Of a stretch of 64,000 nt of DNA, positions 27,574-36,852 are shown piece after piece; positions within the stretch are counted from its first letter, which is position 1, and each line of letters begins with the position of its first letter. The stretch spans positions 1-64,000 of the IMG/VR virus record IMGVR_UViG_3300037484_000731; one strand, 5' to 3'. Source of the stretch: a virus. A program made the position numbers and the translations under genes. A model generated the notes under the pieces. That model made no database searches, had not been told where the DNA came from, and saw nothing but the letters and a program-made list of their open reading frames with translations.

Positions 27574-27813
27574 CTATTTCAGTAAGAGTCTCTTCTGTAA
27601 GCTTCTCCATTTATATCCTATTATCTTCTTTAGCATGACCCAGATAAGCTTGGGATCATTTATATTTTCTATCTTTACTGTTACAAGTGGCTTATCAGAT
27701 AGCATATCCCGCTTAGCAAGCATCTCTATCATTTCCATCCTGCCCGCATTGTGCCCATCATAAAAACCTCTGGCATATTCAGGATGAGGCTGTATTGCTG
27801 ATACTCCCATCAT
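27574..27813 (-). CDS. hypothetical small protein
   Basis: 79 aa. Confidence 0.35.
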   Translation of the reverse strand: MMGVSAIQPHPEYARGFYDGHNAGRMEMIEMLAKRDMLSDKPLVTVKIENINDPKLIWVMLKKIIGYKWRSLQKRLLLK

Positions 27814-28241
27814 TCATTCTCCCTTATACCATCATCAAACTGTGTTGGATCAATGCTGAGATAATGACATATCCTAATGAGATGAGGCTTACCATAGAAA
27901 GTATAAGCCCGCAGCTCTGGCCATATTACATCGTCACCGTCGAGCCATAGCCATGCCCTATAATGTTCCATACTCCGCATAGCAGAAAGACCTCTCTTCT
28001 CATTAGCCTTATCCCATGCAAACTCCATATATTCAATCATAAATTCTTTGGGAGTCTTCTTTGCTCTTGCCTTCTCCCATTCTGCCTCAGTTGATCTATC
28101 CTTCAGAAATTGCTTGGCATGATCAAAGTCCAGATGCTCAAGCATATCATTCCTCTGAAAGCCAAACATGTCATCATTTTCGAGGTCTTTTATCCTTTTT
28201 ACTATCTCGTCTTGCGACCGCATCTTTTTTACTCCTCTCAT
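27810..28241 (-). CDS. hypothetical protein
   Basis: 143 aa, W-rich. Confidence 0.45.
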   Translation of the reverse strand: MRGVKKMRSQDEIVKRIKDLENDDMFGFQRNDMLEHLDFDHAKQFLKDRSTEAEWEKARAKKTPKEFMIEYMEFAWDKANEKRGLSAMRSMEHYRAWLWLDGDDVIWPELRAYTFYGKPHLIRICHYLSIDPTQFDDGIRENE

Positions 28242-28437
28242 CTATTATAGCATTAAGTAATGAAATCAATCTGTCCCGCAATTGATAAGGTACTGTCATA
28301 TAATAGGGACTTTCATCCTCACACCAATGTCCTTTTATTGTCTCCGGATCAGTACCTTCTTCAAAATGAGAAGCACCAGTAATTGGAGCATGATAACTTG
28401 TAAATATTATATCCTTCATCTTGCTCTCCCATCCCAC
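28174..28437 (-). CDS. hypothetical small protein
   Basis: 87 aa, basic C-terminus. Confidence 0.3.
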   Translation of the reverse strand: MGWESKMKDIIFTSYHAPITGASHFEEGTDPETIKGHWCEDESPYYMTVPYQLRDRLISLLNAIIDERSKKDAVARRDSKKDKRPRK

Positions 28438-28604
28438 ATTCCCGCTTTTTCTACTCTCTGTTTATTCCTCTTTGTATTAACCTTCCCAAAGATCGTCCTC
28501 TTTTTTGTCGATGTTTGTACTCTTACACTTGGGGCAACTGGTAAAATTGCGCCTGTCCCTCCACGAGTGCCAGCAGTTCTTACACATATAATCATAGATT
28601 TTCT

Positions 28605-28868
28605 TCATGACAATATATCTTTTGGTAAACACCAAGCATTAATAATCTGTGCATCATACCAATCTCTGGCCTTCATAAGCCTATCATCTTCCGGATAAGG
28701 ATCAATCCACTCTAATTGACCAAAATCCAACAAGTCAAGTCTCGGTTCTGGTTGAGGTATTATTCTATAGATACCATCACTCCACTTATATAATGGCCTT
28801 GGCCTATTTCCATATCTGATATCATCAACAGTTTTAAACATATTACTTAATATCTCTTCCGATGTCAT
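28605..28868 (-). CDS. hypothetical small protein
   Basis: 87 aa. Confidence 0.35.
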   Translation of the reverse strand: MTSEEILSNMFKTVDDIRYGNRPRPLYKWSDGIYRIIPQPEPRLDLLDFGQLEWIDPYPEDDRLMKARDWYDAQIINAWCLPKDILS

Positions 28869-29098
28869 TTCTTCTTTTTTGGTTGTTTGTTTATAGTACC
28901 TGCAATCTTCCTAATTGTCTTTGCCATTCTATCGGCCTCTTTCCCCTCGTCATAAATAAGAGTAAGATTTAGATTTTGGCATACTTTTACACCGTCATGT
29001 GACTCCGCAGTACTGAGATGTCTCCTATGGCATTCAATGCAGAGTCTATCCGGAAACAAAACTTCAATTGCTCGCCTTCTGCACATAAATATCTTCAT
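28865..29098 (-). CDS. small zinc-ribbon-like protein
   Basis: 77 aa, CRRR...CIECHRRH. Confidence 0.35.
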   Translation of the reverse strand: MKIFMCRRRAIEVLFPDRLCIECHRRHLSTAESHDGVKVCQNLNLTLIYDEGKEADRMAKTIRKIAGTINKQPKKKK

Positions 29099-29295
29099 TT
29101 GCTTAACCTCTCATATTCTTCAGGAGTGACACATTTTACATGGTCGGATGTACAGCCACAGGAACTCTTCTCGATGTAAGCCTTAAATCCTCTCTTTGTA
29201 CATTCATCCTGAGCATCCATCATCGCCTTTCTATCTGCTTGACCCGAACAACCAATCACAAAACACATCATTATTACAACTAATAGTCCTCTCAT
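29095..29295 (-). CDS. small lipoprotein
   Basis: Signal peptide with lipobox VIGC at residues 13-16 (MRGLLVVIMMCFVIGCSGQ); 66 aa with 5 further Cys. Confidence 0.45.
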   Translation of the reverse strand: MRGLLVVIMMCFVIGCSGQADRKAMMDAQDECTKRGFKAYIEKSSCGCTSDHVKCVTPEEYERLSK

Positions 29296-29642
29296 GACAA
29301 AACCTCCTTCCAGACTTCATAAATAGCTAATGCTATCTGCACGGTTGTATTAGGATTGACATCATGACTCTTATAAAGATCATTCCCAAATTTACCAATC
29401 TCAGGATATTTAAGTCCTTCTTCTTTGATTTTTTTAGCTACACTTCTTATATCCCATTTATTAAGCCGATTTGGAACTTTGAATGTTGATTCACAAGGCA
29501 TAATCAAAAAATCATCATGATATTCCATCACAAAAAAATCATACCGAGTCATATCATTCGGTTCACATACGATATGAATTAATCTTACATCCTGTTTCTC
29601 TGCATGCAACATTAGTTTCTTCTCCTTAAAGTTGGATACCAC
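29292..29642 (-). CDS. hypothetical protein
   Basis: 116 aa. Confidence 0.4.
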   Translation of the reverse strand: MVSNFKEKKLMLHAEKQDVRLIHIVCEPNDMTRYDFFVMEYHDDFLIMPCESTFKVPNRLNKWDIRSVAKKIKEEGLKYPEIGKFGNDLYKSHDVNPNTTVQIALAIYEVWKEVLS

Positions 29643-29956
29643 AAAGTGATCCTATACCCGCCCCCTCTGTCAAAAGGCAAAGTACAATTTTCCTTCATGA
29701 TATCTTTTTTTATCTCATCGAGAATACTCTGTATGAGTTCCTGAGTGATTCTATATTTAAGAAAATCATAATCTGCGGGTTTGAGATGTGATACTTCCAC
29801 CGGTGAAATGATTTTTTCTCTCTTCATCTCCACAACATCAAAAGTCATCTCATAAATAATATATTTCTCCTCAATCGGAATAGTTCTGGTCTGTCTCCAC
29901 TCATCAGGCCAGAACTTCTTGAATATCCACTCCTTTATACGATACCTGAGTTTCAT
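29612..29956 (-). CDS. hypothetical protein
   Basis: 114 aa. Confidence 0.4.
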   Translation of the reverse strand: MKLRYRIKEWIFKKFWPDEWRQTRTIPIEEKYIIYEMTFDVVEMKREKIISPVEVSHLKPADYDFLKYRITQELIQSILDEIKKDIMKENCTLPFDRGGGYRITLWYPTLRRRN

Positions 29957-30657
29957 TTTACTTTCCTGAGATATTTTTCCTTCTCGGCTTGCTGCCTACG
30001 ATATTCAGCAGTTTTTACTTTCTGTTCCTCAAGCTGCTTTTCTTCAACAACCTTGTTAAACTCCTTCGAAAAATCGATGTCCGTTATCTGAAAATCCTGA
30101 AGCTCTAAGTAGAATCTGGATAATTTTTCCTTCAGTGCATCCTCAATAACTTTCTTAAGCTTCGCTCTCTCGACAACGATCTGCTCAACTTTAAACAAGG
30201 CTGTTGATGCTTTAACTGCATCCTTTATAGCCGGTTCAATTATTTTGGTTGAATAATCTTCACCAACTTTGGAATACAAGTCTTTAATCTTCGTATAGTC
30301 GATTCTATACTGAACAGTACAGTCAACTATAATGAGCTGCAAGTCCTGAGATGTACCCTCAGTTTTATTGTGATCCTCTTTCTGCGTCTTTACATCAAAC
30401 TTAACGACCGACGCAAAGGGATTCTTCGCATGTATCCCATTTTCTGCCTGATCCACGATCTCACCAAATATGACCTCAATGCCTATCTCGCCTGGGTCTA
30501 TGATGTAGAAAGTTGACATGATGAAAAAGAATACTGCAACTATAGCACTACCAATACCAATGCCATTACTTAATGTTGAATCTTTCGGATCTCCTCTTCT
30601 TGCATATATAAACGCAAGGATCGCAGCTATAGCGAAGATGATAAACAATACTATCAT
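29953..30657 (-). CDS. SPFH/band-7 (stomatin/prohibitin-like) membrane protein
   Basis: N-terminal TM, then IIDPGEIGIEVIFGEIV...LQLIIVDCTVQYRI...KVEQIVVERAKL, a pattern typical of SPFH domains; C-terminal coiled coil. Confidence 0.7.
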   Translation of the reverse strand: MIVLFIIFAIAAILAFIYARRGDPKDSTLSNGIGIGSAIVAVFFFIMSTFYIIDPGEIGIEVIFGEIVDQAENGIHAKNPFASVVKFDVKTQKEDHNKTEGTSQDLQLIIVDCTVQYRIDYTKIKDLYSKVGEDYSTKIIEPAIKDAVKASTALFKVEQIVVERAKLKKVIEDALKEKLSRFYLELQDFQITDIDFSKEFNKVVEEKQLEEQKVKTAEYRRQQAEKEKYLRKVK

Positions 30658-30697
30658 ATGCTCCTCCTTTTTTATATTTAAACTCCTACTGGAGTTG

Positions 30698-30973
30698 TTA
30701 ACAAACTAAGATGACATGTCGCCGGTTCGAATGATCATTACACCTCACGGGACGGAAAGTTTTTTCCTGTTCCTCATCATCCTGATAAATCCTCGACCAG
30801 CCAAGCTGCGTACCAGCCGGATTGAGGCGATTACATTCACTCAAAATCTCCTCATCCGATACACCGTCCTCAACGCATGCCTGCATCCAGCAAATTCCTA
30901 TTATCGGTCTTGTAATGATCACTTTATCCATCGGTCTTTTCCTTATAGTAGTCGCCCATTTCAATACTTTCAT
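30698..30973 (-). CDS. hypothetical small protein
   Basis: 91 aa, Cys-containing. Confidence 0.3.
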   Translation of the reverse strand: MKVLKWATTIRKRPMDKVIITRPIIGICWMQACVEDGVSDEEILSECNRLNPAGTQLGWSRIYQDDEEQEKTFRPVRCNDHSNRRHVILVC

Positions 30974-31259
30974 ACTCTTCTACCGTCTTTACATCCATAT
31001 CAAATAGCTTACCTTTTTTATCCTTCAATCGAAACAAGAATTGATCGGGTGTATGAAGTACCATGGGAGTAAATGTTGTAGTTGTAACTTTCCCAGTCTT
31101 ATGTGTACGAGGGATGAGCGTCGTGCTGCTATGAGCAGGAATAAACTCCTTACTAATTAAATATCCCTCTCTGGGAACATCTTTTTCACAACACAAACAG
31201 CATATCATTGTTATCCATATTGCCCCCAACAACGACATTATTGATTTTTGGATTTTCAT
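30924..31259 (-). CDS. membrane-anchored small protein (possible NfeD-like partner of SPFH protein)
   Basis: N-terminal hydrophobic MKIQKSIMSLLGAIWITMICCLCC, then a soluble beta-rich domain; sits directly upstream of the SPFH gene. Confidence 0.35.
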   Translation of the reverse strand: MKIQKSIMSLLGAIWITMICCLCCEKDVPREGYLISKEFIPAHSSTTLIPRTHKTGKVTTTTFTPMVLHTPDQFLFRLKDKKGKLFDMDVKTVEEYESIEMGDYYKEKTDG

Positions 31260-31744
31260 AATAACCTCTTTTTATTCGTATGAGGACAATACCCATATAA
31301 ACCAATTGATCCATTACAATTTAAACATAATACCCTAAATCCTTTGGGATATCCATTTTTCTTTAACCAACGATAAGTAACAACTCCAGTACTCAATTTG
31401 TTATCCCTTCTGTGTTTGTTTCCGCCACCATTTATATGATCAATACAAAGAAATTCAAGTCTGTCCTCTCCACAACATTTACATTTTCCACCATATATAG
31501 TTATAGCATCATATTTTTGTCTTCTTTCATACAAAATACGTGATTTGTATCCTTTTTCTGATTGTCTATATCGTTCTTGTACTTTTTTACCTTTTTCAGA
31601 ACATTGATATTTATGTTTAATATTTTTTCCCTTCTCCGTTTTAAACCATTCTTTATTATATTCTTTCTGATCAAAAACCATGTTCTCTCCTATATAGCTG
31701 TCGAGCATAGTCCGCCAGTAACAGTGCTTCAGCTTGACCGTCAA
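31256..31744 (-). CDS. HNH homing endonuclease, zinc-finger subfamily (paralog 2)
   Basis: GGKCKCCGEDRLEFLCIDHINGGGNKHR...GFRVLCLNCN...GYCPH. Confidence 0.75.
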   Translation of the reverse strand: MTVKLKHCYWRTMLDSYIGENMVFDQKEYNKEWFKTEKGKNIKHKYQCSEKGKKVQERYRQSEKGYKSRILYERRQKYDAITIYGGKCKCCGEDRLEFLCIDHINGGGNKHRRDNKLSTGVVTYRWLKKNGYPKGFRVLCLNCNGSIGLYGYCPHTNKKRLL

Positions 31745-32135
31745 GTAATTTCTTTCTTGGTGTTACAAATGTTCGATCTGGATACATAAGTTGAGCTATT
31801 CTGACTGATTCAGCTTTGGGTTTACCCATAAGCCCATATGATGTCTTCCATGTAATCGGGAAGACCTCTTGATACCGCACCGGCAAAAGCTCCAGTGTAG
31901 CTAAGATTTTCCCATAATTAATTAAAAATGATGTTACTCCCTCTCCTGCTCTTTGCATCCGGATGGCCTCAACAACACCATATATATTTCCGACGTATGT
32001 TCGTCTAATGATGTCTGATAACATCACAACATCAACCCATCTGTCCTTATATGGCATAGGAAATACAAAATTCTCTTTATCAATTAAAAAAGCTACTGCA
32101 CCATCTCGACCAGTATCAATACCAATAAAAGTCAC
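31671..32135 (-). CDS. RuvC-like Holliday junction resolvase
   Basis: N-terminus MTFIGIDTGRDGAVAFL resembles the RuvC/YqgF motif (IGIDPG...GYA). Confidence 0.55.
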   Translation of the reverse strand: MTFIGIDTGRDGAVAFLIDKENFVFPMPYKDRWVDVVMLSDIIRRTYVGNIYGVVEAIRMQRAGEGVTSFLINYGKILATLELLPVRYQEVFPITWKTSYGLMGKPKAESVRIAQLMYPDRTFVTPRKKLLDGQAEALLLADYARQLYRREHGF

Positions 32136-32187
32136 TTAATCCTCGCAAATTCACCAAAATATTTAATAGCTGCTTCTTTATAAGATT

Positions 32188-32535
32188 TTATTGCAACTTG
32201 TCATCATTTTTCTCAGGCGGAGGAGCTGACACTCCAGTTGATTTTTGCTTCTCCAAGTCCTTAACAACTTCTTTCATAAAAACTCTAAAACGATAAATCA
32301 TATCATTCTTAGCAAACTCCAGTCTGATCCTGAAATCAGCCATTCTACCACTCAGGTGAACCAGATGAATGATTATCCAAGTTAGGGCTACTCGTAGTAT
32401 TATATCATACCACTCATATGATAATATCTTAGTATACCAGACACTAAATATCATCGCCAGAACTATCAACACGCTCCCTATCAACATCAATATTCTTAAT
32501 AACTTTTTCATCTTGCATATCTCCTGCATAAACAA
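32188..32535 (-). CDS. small membrane protein
   Basis: Two hydrophobic helices (LILIGSVLIVLAMIF..., IILRVALTWIIIHLV). Confidence 0.35.
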   Translation of the reverse strand: MFMQEICKMKKLLRILMLIGSVLIVLAMIFSVWYTKILSYEWYDIILRVALTWIIIHLVHLSGRMADFRIRLEFAKNDMIYRFRVFMKEVVKDLEKQKSTGVSAPPPEKNDDKLQ

Positions 32536-32797
32536 TTTTCATCACATATTCCATAGTCTCCGGATCGTCATACCACACGATCGCAGTAATAAAATATGGA
32601 GGACTTTCTTTTTTTGTATCAATCACAAATTTACGAATATTTTCTTTTATCCGTTCCCATTTCTCCTTAGGCATGAGTCCCACAGCAGATTGAGGTATTC
32701 TAATCTCCTCAAGCTTGACCATTTCCTCAGGAGTGATATTTAGTGTATAATTACCGACAACGATTATCGCTTGCTTTTTAATTCCCTCTTCACCCAT
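32444..32797 (-). CDS. hypothetical protein
   Basis: 117 aa. Confidence 0.35.
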   Translation of the reverse strand: MGEEGIKKQAIIVVGNYTLNITPEEMVKLEEIRIPQSAVGLMPKEKWERIKENIRKFVIDTKKESPPYFITAIVWYDDPETMEYVMKIVYAGDMQDEKVIKNIDVDRERVDSSGDDI

Positions 32798-32997
32798 ATC
32801 TTATATTCCTCCCCACCATCTTTTATTTTACATACTATCTCTGATCCAAGTTTAACGTCCTGATTCACAGCATCCTCAAGTATAATCCGCTTGAAACCAC
32901 TATAACAATAATTCAATGGTAAGCCGGTCGTCAAATGCTTACTCATGGCCAGATTCAATAATTCAATCTTACCTGACAATCTAATCTTACACTTCAT
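32764..32997 (-). CDS. hypothetical small protein
   Basis: 77 aa. Confidence 0.3.
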   Translation of the reverse strand: MKCKIRLSGKIELLNLAMSKHLTTGLPLNYCYSGFKRIILEDAVNQDVKLGSEIVCKIKDGGEEYKIWVKRELKSKR

Positions 32998-33409
32998 ATT
33001 GTTCCCCTATGATCTTAATGAGCTTTTCACATTCTTCAACAGTAAGCTCTCCGACATGGAGAGGAATCTTACCCATCTGTATCCCAAGCTCACTGTACAG
33101 CTCCCCTCGGTCATAATCTCCTTCTTGCCAGAGCGGATCAAGTGCTGCATGTGCCCTATTCCGTGCCTTTCTAATCTTCCAATTAGCCAGCGTCCCAAGA
33201 GGCGTTGTCGTTCCCTTATGACATCCAACATATGTATCGCAATAAGGAAATCTCTCACACACCCATGATAGACCATAACTGCCACTACTATATATTTTTT
33301 TGCTATCGACAAGTTTGGCCTTACCCCCACACTCCGGACATATTAAGTCCTTACCTTCCAGCGCAAACTTACCCATTTTCAAGCTCCTTTTGATGAGGAC
33401 AATACCCAT
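32987..33409 (-). CDS. zinc-ribbon protein
   Basis: LICPECGGKAKL...WVCERFPYCDTYVGCH. Confidence 0.4.
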   Translation of the reverse strand: MGIVLIKRSLKMGKFALEGKDLICPECGGKAKLVDSKKIYSSGSYGLSWVCERFPYCDTYVGCHKGTTTPLGTLANWKIRKARNRAHAALDPLWQEGDYDRGELYSELGIQMGKIPLHVGELTVEECEKLIKIIGEQYEV

Positions 33410-33797
33410 ACATCCCCAAACTAAAATTACAACCTACACATAAAACTCTAAATCCTTTTGGATAATTATTCTTACGCAGCCAATAATATATTTTATTACC
33501 CCCACCAATCTTTCTTCTATGTTCCGCTCCGCCACCACCAACATGATCTATCGTTAAAAATTCCCAGTGGTCTTCTCCACAACATTTACATTTTCCACCA
33601 TAATGAGAGATAACTTCTTGTTTTAATTTATGATTTATTTTCTTAGCTATTTTAGACCTTAATGTTTTACTTTTTTCTGTTTGTAAATAATCTCTATATT
33701 TCTTAGTACGCCGATATTTTTTACCCCATTCTTTTTGAGCTTTTTTGTATTTTTTAGTTTTCCTATATTCCTTCATATAAGATTTTTTATCAAACAT
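33369..33797 (-). CDS. HNH homing endonuclease, zinc-finger subfamily (paralog 3)
   Basis: GGKCKCCGEDHWEFLTIDHVGGGGAEHR...GFRVLCVGCN...GYCPH. Confidence 0.75.
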   Translation of the reverse strand: MFDKKSYMKEYRKTKKYKKAQKEWGKKYRRTKKYRDYLQTEKSKTLRSKIAKKINHKLKQEVISHYGGKCKCCGEDHWEFLTIDHVGGGGAEHRRKIGGGNKIYYWLRKNNYPKGFRVLCVGCNFSLGMYGYCPHQKELENG

Positions 33798-34176
33798 TCT
33801 CTTGCAACCTTTTTAATTCGTCCTGTAATTGTTTTTTAATTTGACGTAAATTACAGTATGGCTGATTCTTGAGAGCTTTTAATTCCTCGATGACCTGTTT
33901 CCCCTCACGAGCTATTAGTCTCTCCTCAGCCTTCTTGTTGTATTTATTAGCTATCTTAGGATCAGTCGAATGCATCTTGAACTCATGTATTGTAAATGTC
34001 AAACATATCCCACCCCTAAGATCATATCTCAAAGCCGGTGTACTCTTACCAAATACATGATGAGACTCAAGATGAAAATTGGTTGCTACTCCACCCGATA
34101 TTTCACACTTATTGTGCGCCCTAATCTTTACACACCTACTCCACAGAATATCACAATCATTCATTAATTTGCTCAA
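33790..34176 (-). CDS. hypothetical protein (possible NinG/HNH-like nuclease)
   Basis: NKCEISGG...ESHHVFGKS pattern; weak. Confidence 0.35.
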   Translation of the reverse strand: MSKLMNDCDILWSRCVKIRAHNKCEISGGVATNFHLESHHVFGKSTPALRYDLRGGICLTFTIHEFKMHSTDPKIANKYNKKAEERLIAREGKQVIEELKALKNQPYCNLRQIKKQLQDELKRLQENV

Positions 34177-34727
34177 TCTTTTCTCTCCTTGAGTGCTTCC
34201 AATATCTTCACATTCGATTTTAGATATTTCCTATTATAACTGTCTATCTCCGTATGTACAGCAGTCTCAATAGACTGAACTCCCTTAGTGATCAATTTAT
34301 TTCCAGCATTAAACTTAATAGCTATAGTCTTCGTGAGTGCATCCAGTTCGGCCTCTCGTTCTCTAAGGGAATAATAGAGTCCTTCATTGTCATTAATTCG
34401 TTGCTGGAGTTTTTGGATTTGAGTATCTCTTTCCCCAACCACGGGAAGCCATTTTGATTTTTCCTGATCTCGGACGATATCAAATTCCTTTTTATAGAAG
34501 ATATGTAAGTTATCGATTTCCGTTTTAAAAGTTGCAGACATGTTATCGCACCGAGATTCATAATTTCTCCTATTATCTTCCATCTGAGTACGCAGACGCT
34601 CGATATCACGCTCAAATCCTGATATTGCCGTTGTTATCTTTATTTCATAATGACGACGATAGTATATATGTATCTTGGCTTTCATTTGTTGAGTTCTTTT
34701 TTTTCTAAAACTTTTTAAAATTTTCAC
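34173..34727 (-). CDS. hypothetical coiled-coil protein
   Basis: 184 aa, heptad-like charged repeats. Confidence 0.4.
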   Translation of the reverse strand: MKILKSFRKKRTQQMKAKIHIYYRRHYEIKITTAISGFERDIERLRTQMEDNRRNYESRCDNMSATFKTEIDNLHIFYKKEFDIVRDQEKSKWLPVVGERDTQIQKLQQRINDNEGLYYSLREREAELDALTKTIAIKFNAGNKLITKGVQSIETAVHTEIDSYNRKYLKSNVKILEALKERKD

Positions 34728-35181
34728 TATCTTCCTCGTGTGGACAAATTCCGTAAATTCCTATCGCACAATTACATTGAAAACATAAAACTCTGAATCC
34801 TTTGGGATACTCATTTTTTATTAACCAAGAATAAAAAGAACTTCCCGCCACACCCAACTGTTTCCGGTGTTTATTACCCCCACCCTTCACATGATCTATA
34901 GTAAGAAATTTTATATTAAATTCTCCGCAACACTCACACTTCCCGCCATAATATTGAATTACTTCTAACTTTCGTTTATCTCTATATCTTTTACTAACAG
35001 AGGCTACAATTCTTTTACCGTGCTCAGACTGCTTATATAATTTTCTACCATCCTTATATTTTTTAGATTGTTTATAATTTTTGTTGTATTCCTTCTTATC
35101 AAACATTATCGGAAACCCACTTTGTAAAGTATAATACACCCCACTATTCCTATTATCCCCATACCAGCCACAATATACCAA
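34705..35181 (-). CDS. HNH homing endonuclease, zinc-finger subfamily (paralog 4)
   Basis: GGKCECCGEFNIKFLTIDHVKGGGNKHR...GFRVLCFQCN...GICPH. Confidence 0.75.
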   Translation of the reverse strand: MVYCGWYGDNRNSGVYYTLQSGFPIMFDKKEYNKNYKQSKKYKDGRKLYKQSEHGKRIVASVSKRYRDKRKLEVIQYYGGKCECCGEFNIKFLTIDHVKGGGNKHRKQLGVAGSSFYSWLIKNEYPKGFRVLCFQCNCAIGIYGICPHEEDSENFKKF

Positions 35182-35260
35182 AACACCATTTTACAATCTC
35201 CTCAAAAGAAATAGGATATCCTCATCCCCAGTCAAAGCAAAGTTGAGAAGAAGCTGTCTT

Positions 35261-35629
35261 CTAATTCTGTCCTTTATCACCTCTAAGCATTTTAAGCATC
35301 TTGTCTTTGGACATTTTTTCATCATCAATACGTCTCCTTTTGTCAAAGTACAAAAGAAATAGAGCATTTGCTGCCACATGAGCCATGTGATTAAGACGTG
35401 AATCCAAATCTTCAAGAGCGAACTGATTACCTACCGCAATATTCCACGCAGTAATATGTCGCATTATCGCAGCAAAAAACTCAAACGGATCTTGTGATTG
35501 CTTCCATCCGTCCGGTTGATAGGTGTCTGCACCAAATTGGATGGCCTTCATAACCTCTTCCAATTCTTCAAAGGGCATGAGATTCCAGTTGAGTTTGCCC
35601 GTGGTCTTTTTATGTAGATCACCCATCAA
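35261..35629 (-). CDS. hypothetical protein (weak MazG-like all-alpha NTP-pyrophosphatase resemblance)
   Basis: FEELEEVMKA and ALEDLD acidic motifs in a predicted helical, 122-aa protein; not conclusive. Confidence 0.35.
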   Translation of the reverse strand: MMGDLHKKTTGKLNWNLMPFEELEEVMKAIQFGADTYQPDGWKQSQDPFEFFAAIMRHITAWNIAVGNQFALEDLDSRLNHMAHVAANALFLLYFDKRRRIDDEKMSKDKMLKMLRGDKGQN

Positions 35630-35795
35630 TCAATCTCCCCATCATCCTCATCTAATATGATCATCTTATTATCTTTATTATTTTCACACATTTTCTCATC
35701 CTTATCAGTACAGGGTTTTCCATCCCCACTTATTTCTGATCCCATATGACAAAGACCAAAAAATTCATCATCTGTTGGCCAATATTTACATTTTT

Positions 35796-36407
35796 TCATT
35801 TCGACCTCGGTATTGGCATCTTGACGAATTTTTTAGTCTTGGGGCTGATAAGTCCTCCTTCGGCAAATATCTTATCCAGCAGCATTGTTTCCAGCTTCAC
35901 ATCGTGGATACAGTAGTCGATAACTTCCTTATGCTTGCCATCCTGCCACATGAACGGGGCATCCTTGCCCTCCATAGATTTCCCCTCATCCGGAAAATTG
36001 ACAGACAATACCTTGCTAAGACTAAACCCACTATGTGTCGTCTTGTCAAAATTCTTGGTCAGTCCACTCGCAAACCATAGTTGTTCCAATATATCATAAC
36101 TGGACTCGTCACCAATCGGAATCCCATGCGCCCTGAGCATGTTGTTATCATATTTCTTTATATTAAACCCCGCAATCAAGTCTGCTGTAGTAAATAGTGT
36201 AATCAAATATTCCATATGGATCGAACTCTGAAAGTCCAACTCAGTAAACATCAAGACTTTATTCTTCTTATCTGACATATAATCATATATTGCCAGTACT
36301 GCAATTCCCATACCTTTATAGTCTTCCCATCCTGATGCATATTCATATTTAGGTTTTTTAACTTTTGCTACTGGAGGACGTACACATTCTATGTCGTACA
36401 CTAACAT
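35796..36407 (-). CDS. DnaQ-like (DEDD) 3'-5' exonuclease
   Basis: Exo I-like VYDIEC and Exo III-like YCIHDVKLE motifs; 203 aa. Confidence 0.5.
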   Translation of the reverse strand: MLVYDIECVRPPVAKVKKPKYEYASGWEDYKGMGIAVLAIYDYMSDKKNKVLMFTELDFQSSIHMEYLITLFTTADLIAGFNIKKYDNNMLRAHGIPIGDESSYDILEQLWFASGLTKNFDKTTHSGFSLSKVLSVNFPDEGKSMEGKDAPFMWQDGKHKEVIDYCIHDVKLETMLLDKIFAEGGLISPKTKKFVKMPIPRSK

Positions 36408-36408
36408 A

Positions 36409-36852
36409 TTATTTCTCCTTATAACTTTTTAAATATCTTATTGCTCTATCTAATATTGTAATATCATCCTGTAATAACCCTAAACATCTATTACATCGAT
36501 GACATAATAACATCCTAATTTCTCCTGTCACGTGATCATGATCTACACAAGCTTTACTCATTACTGGTATTTCATCCATACATATCGCACAACGCCCATA
36601 CTGTGAATCATACATCTTTCTTTTATCATCTAAAGTAATACCATATATTATTTTTAATTTAGTATTAGCTTGACTTTCCTTTGCCTTTATGGGATTATTT
36701 TTTATCCACTTTAAATGATGTTTTCTACCGGCTTCCTTTCCCTTTTTAGTCTTATTATATCTCTTTCTGGCATCAGAATTTGCACATTTGTCCGAACAAT
36801 ATTTTTCTTGTTTTCCTCTGAGTTTTTTACTACAAGCAATACAATTTTTCAT
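36409..36852 (-). CDS. endonuclease-VII-type HNH nuclease
   Basis: CAICMDEIPVMSKACVDHDHVTGEIRMLLCHRCNRCLG (Endonuclease_7 signature). Confidence 0.7.
   Translation of the reverse strand: MKNCIACSKKLRGKQEKYCSDKCANSDARKRYNKTKKGKEAGRKHHLKWIKNNPIKAKESQANTKLKIIYGITLDDKRKMYDSQYGRCAICMDEIPVMSKACVDHDHVTGEIRMLLCHRCNRCLGLLQDDITILDRAIRYLKSYKEK

Noticed and set aside
30716-30740. GGTTCGAAT, a tRNA T-loop-like string
   Set aside because: Flanking sequence does not form a T-stem or the rest of a cloverleaf, and it lies inside a coding region. I could not confirm any tRNA by eye. A tRNAscan run is still advisable
33007-33330. Minus-strand ORFs nested in other frames inside larger minus-strand genes (33007..33330, 35191..35415, 9831..10061, 16139..16366, 13645..13830, 14857..15051, 42371..42613, 43394..43621, 47361..47567, 59696..59965, 60599..60841, 63266..63448, 2826..3068, 5319..5534, 10226..10561, 34322..34615, 38943..39125, 16612..16812, 16867..17082)
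   Set aside because: They overlap motif-supported genes out of frame, and their sequences are compositionally odd (R/L/S-rich). Treated as spurious
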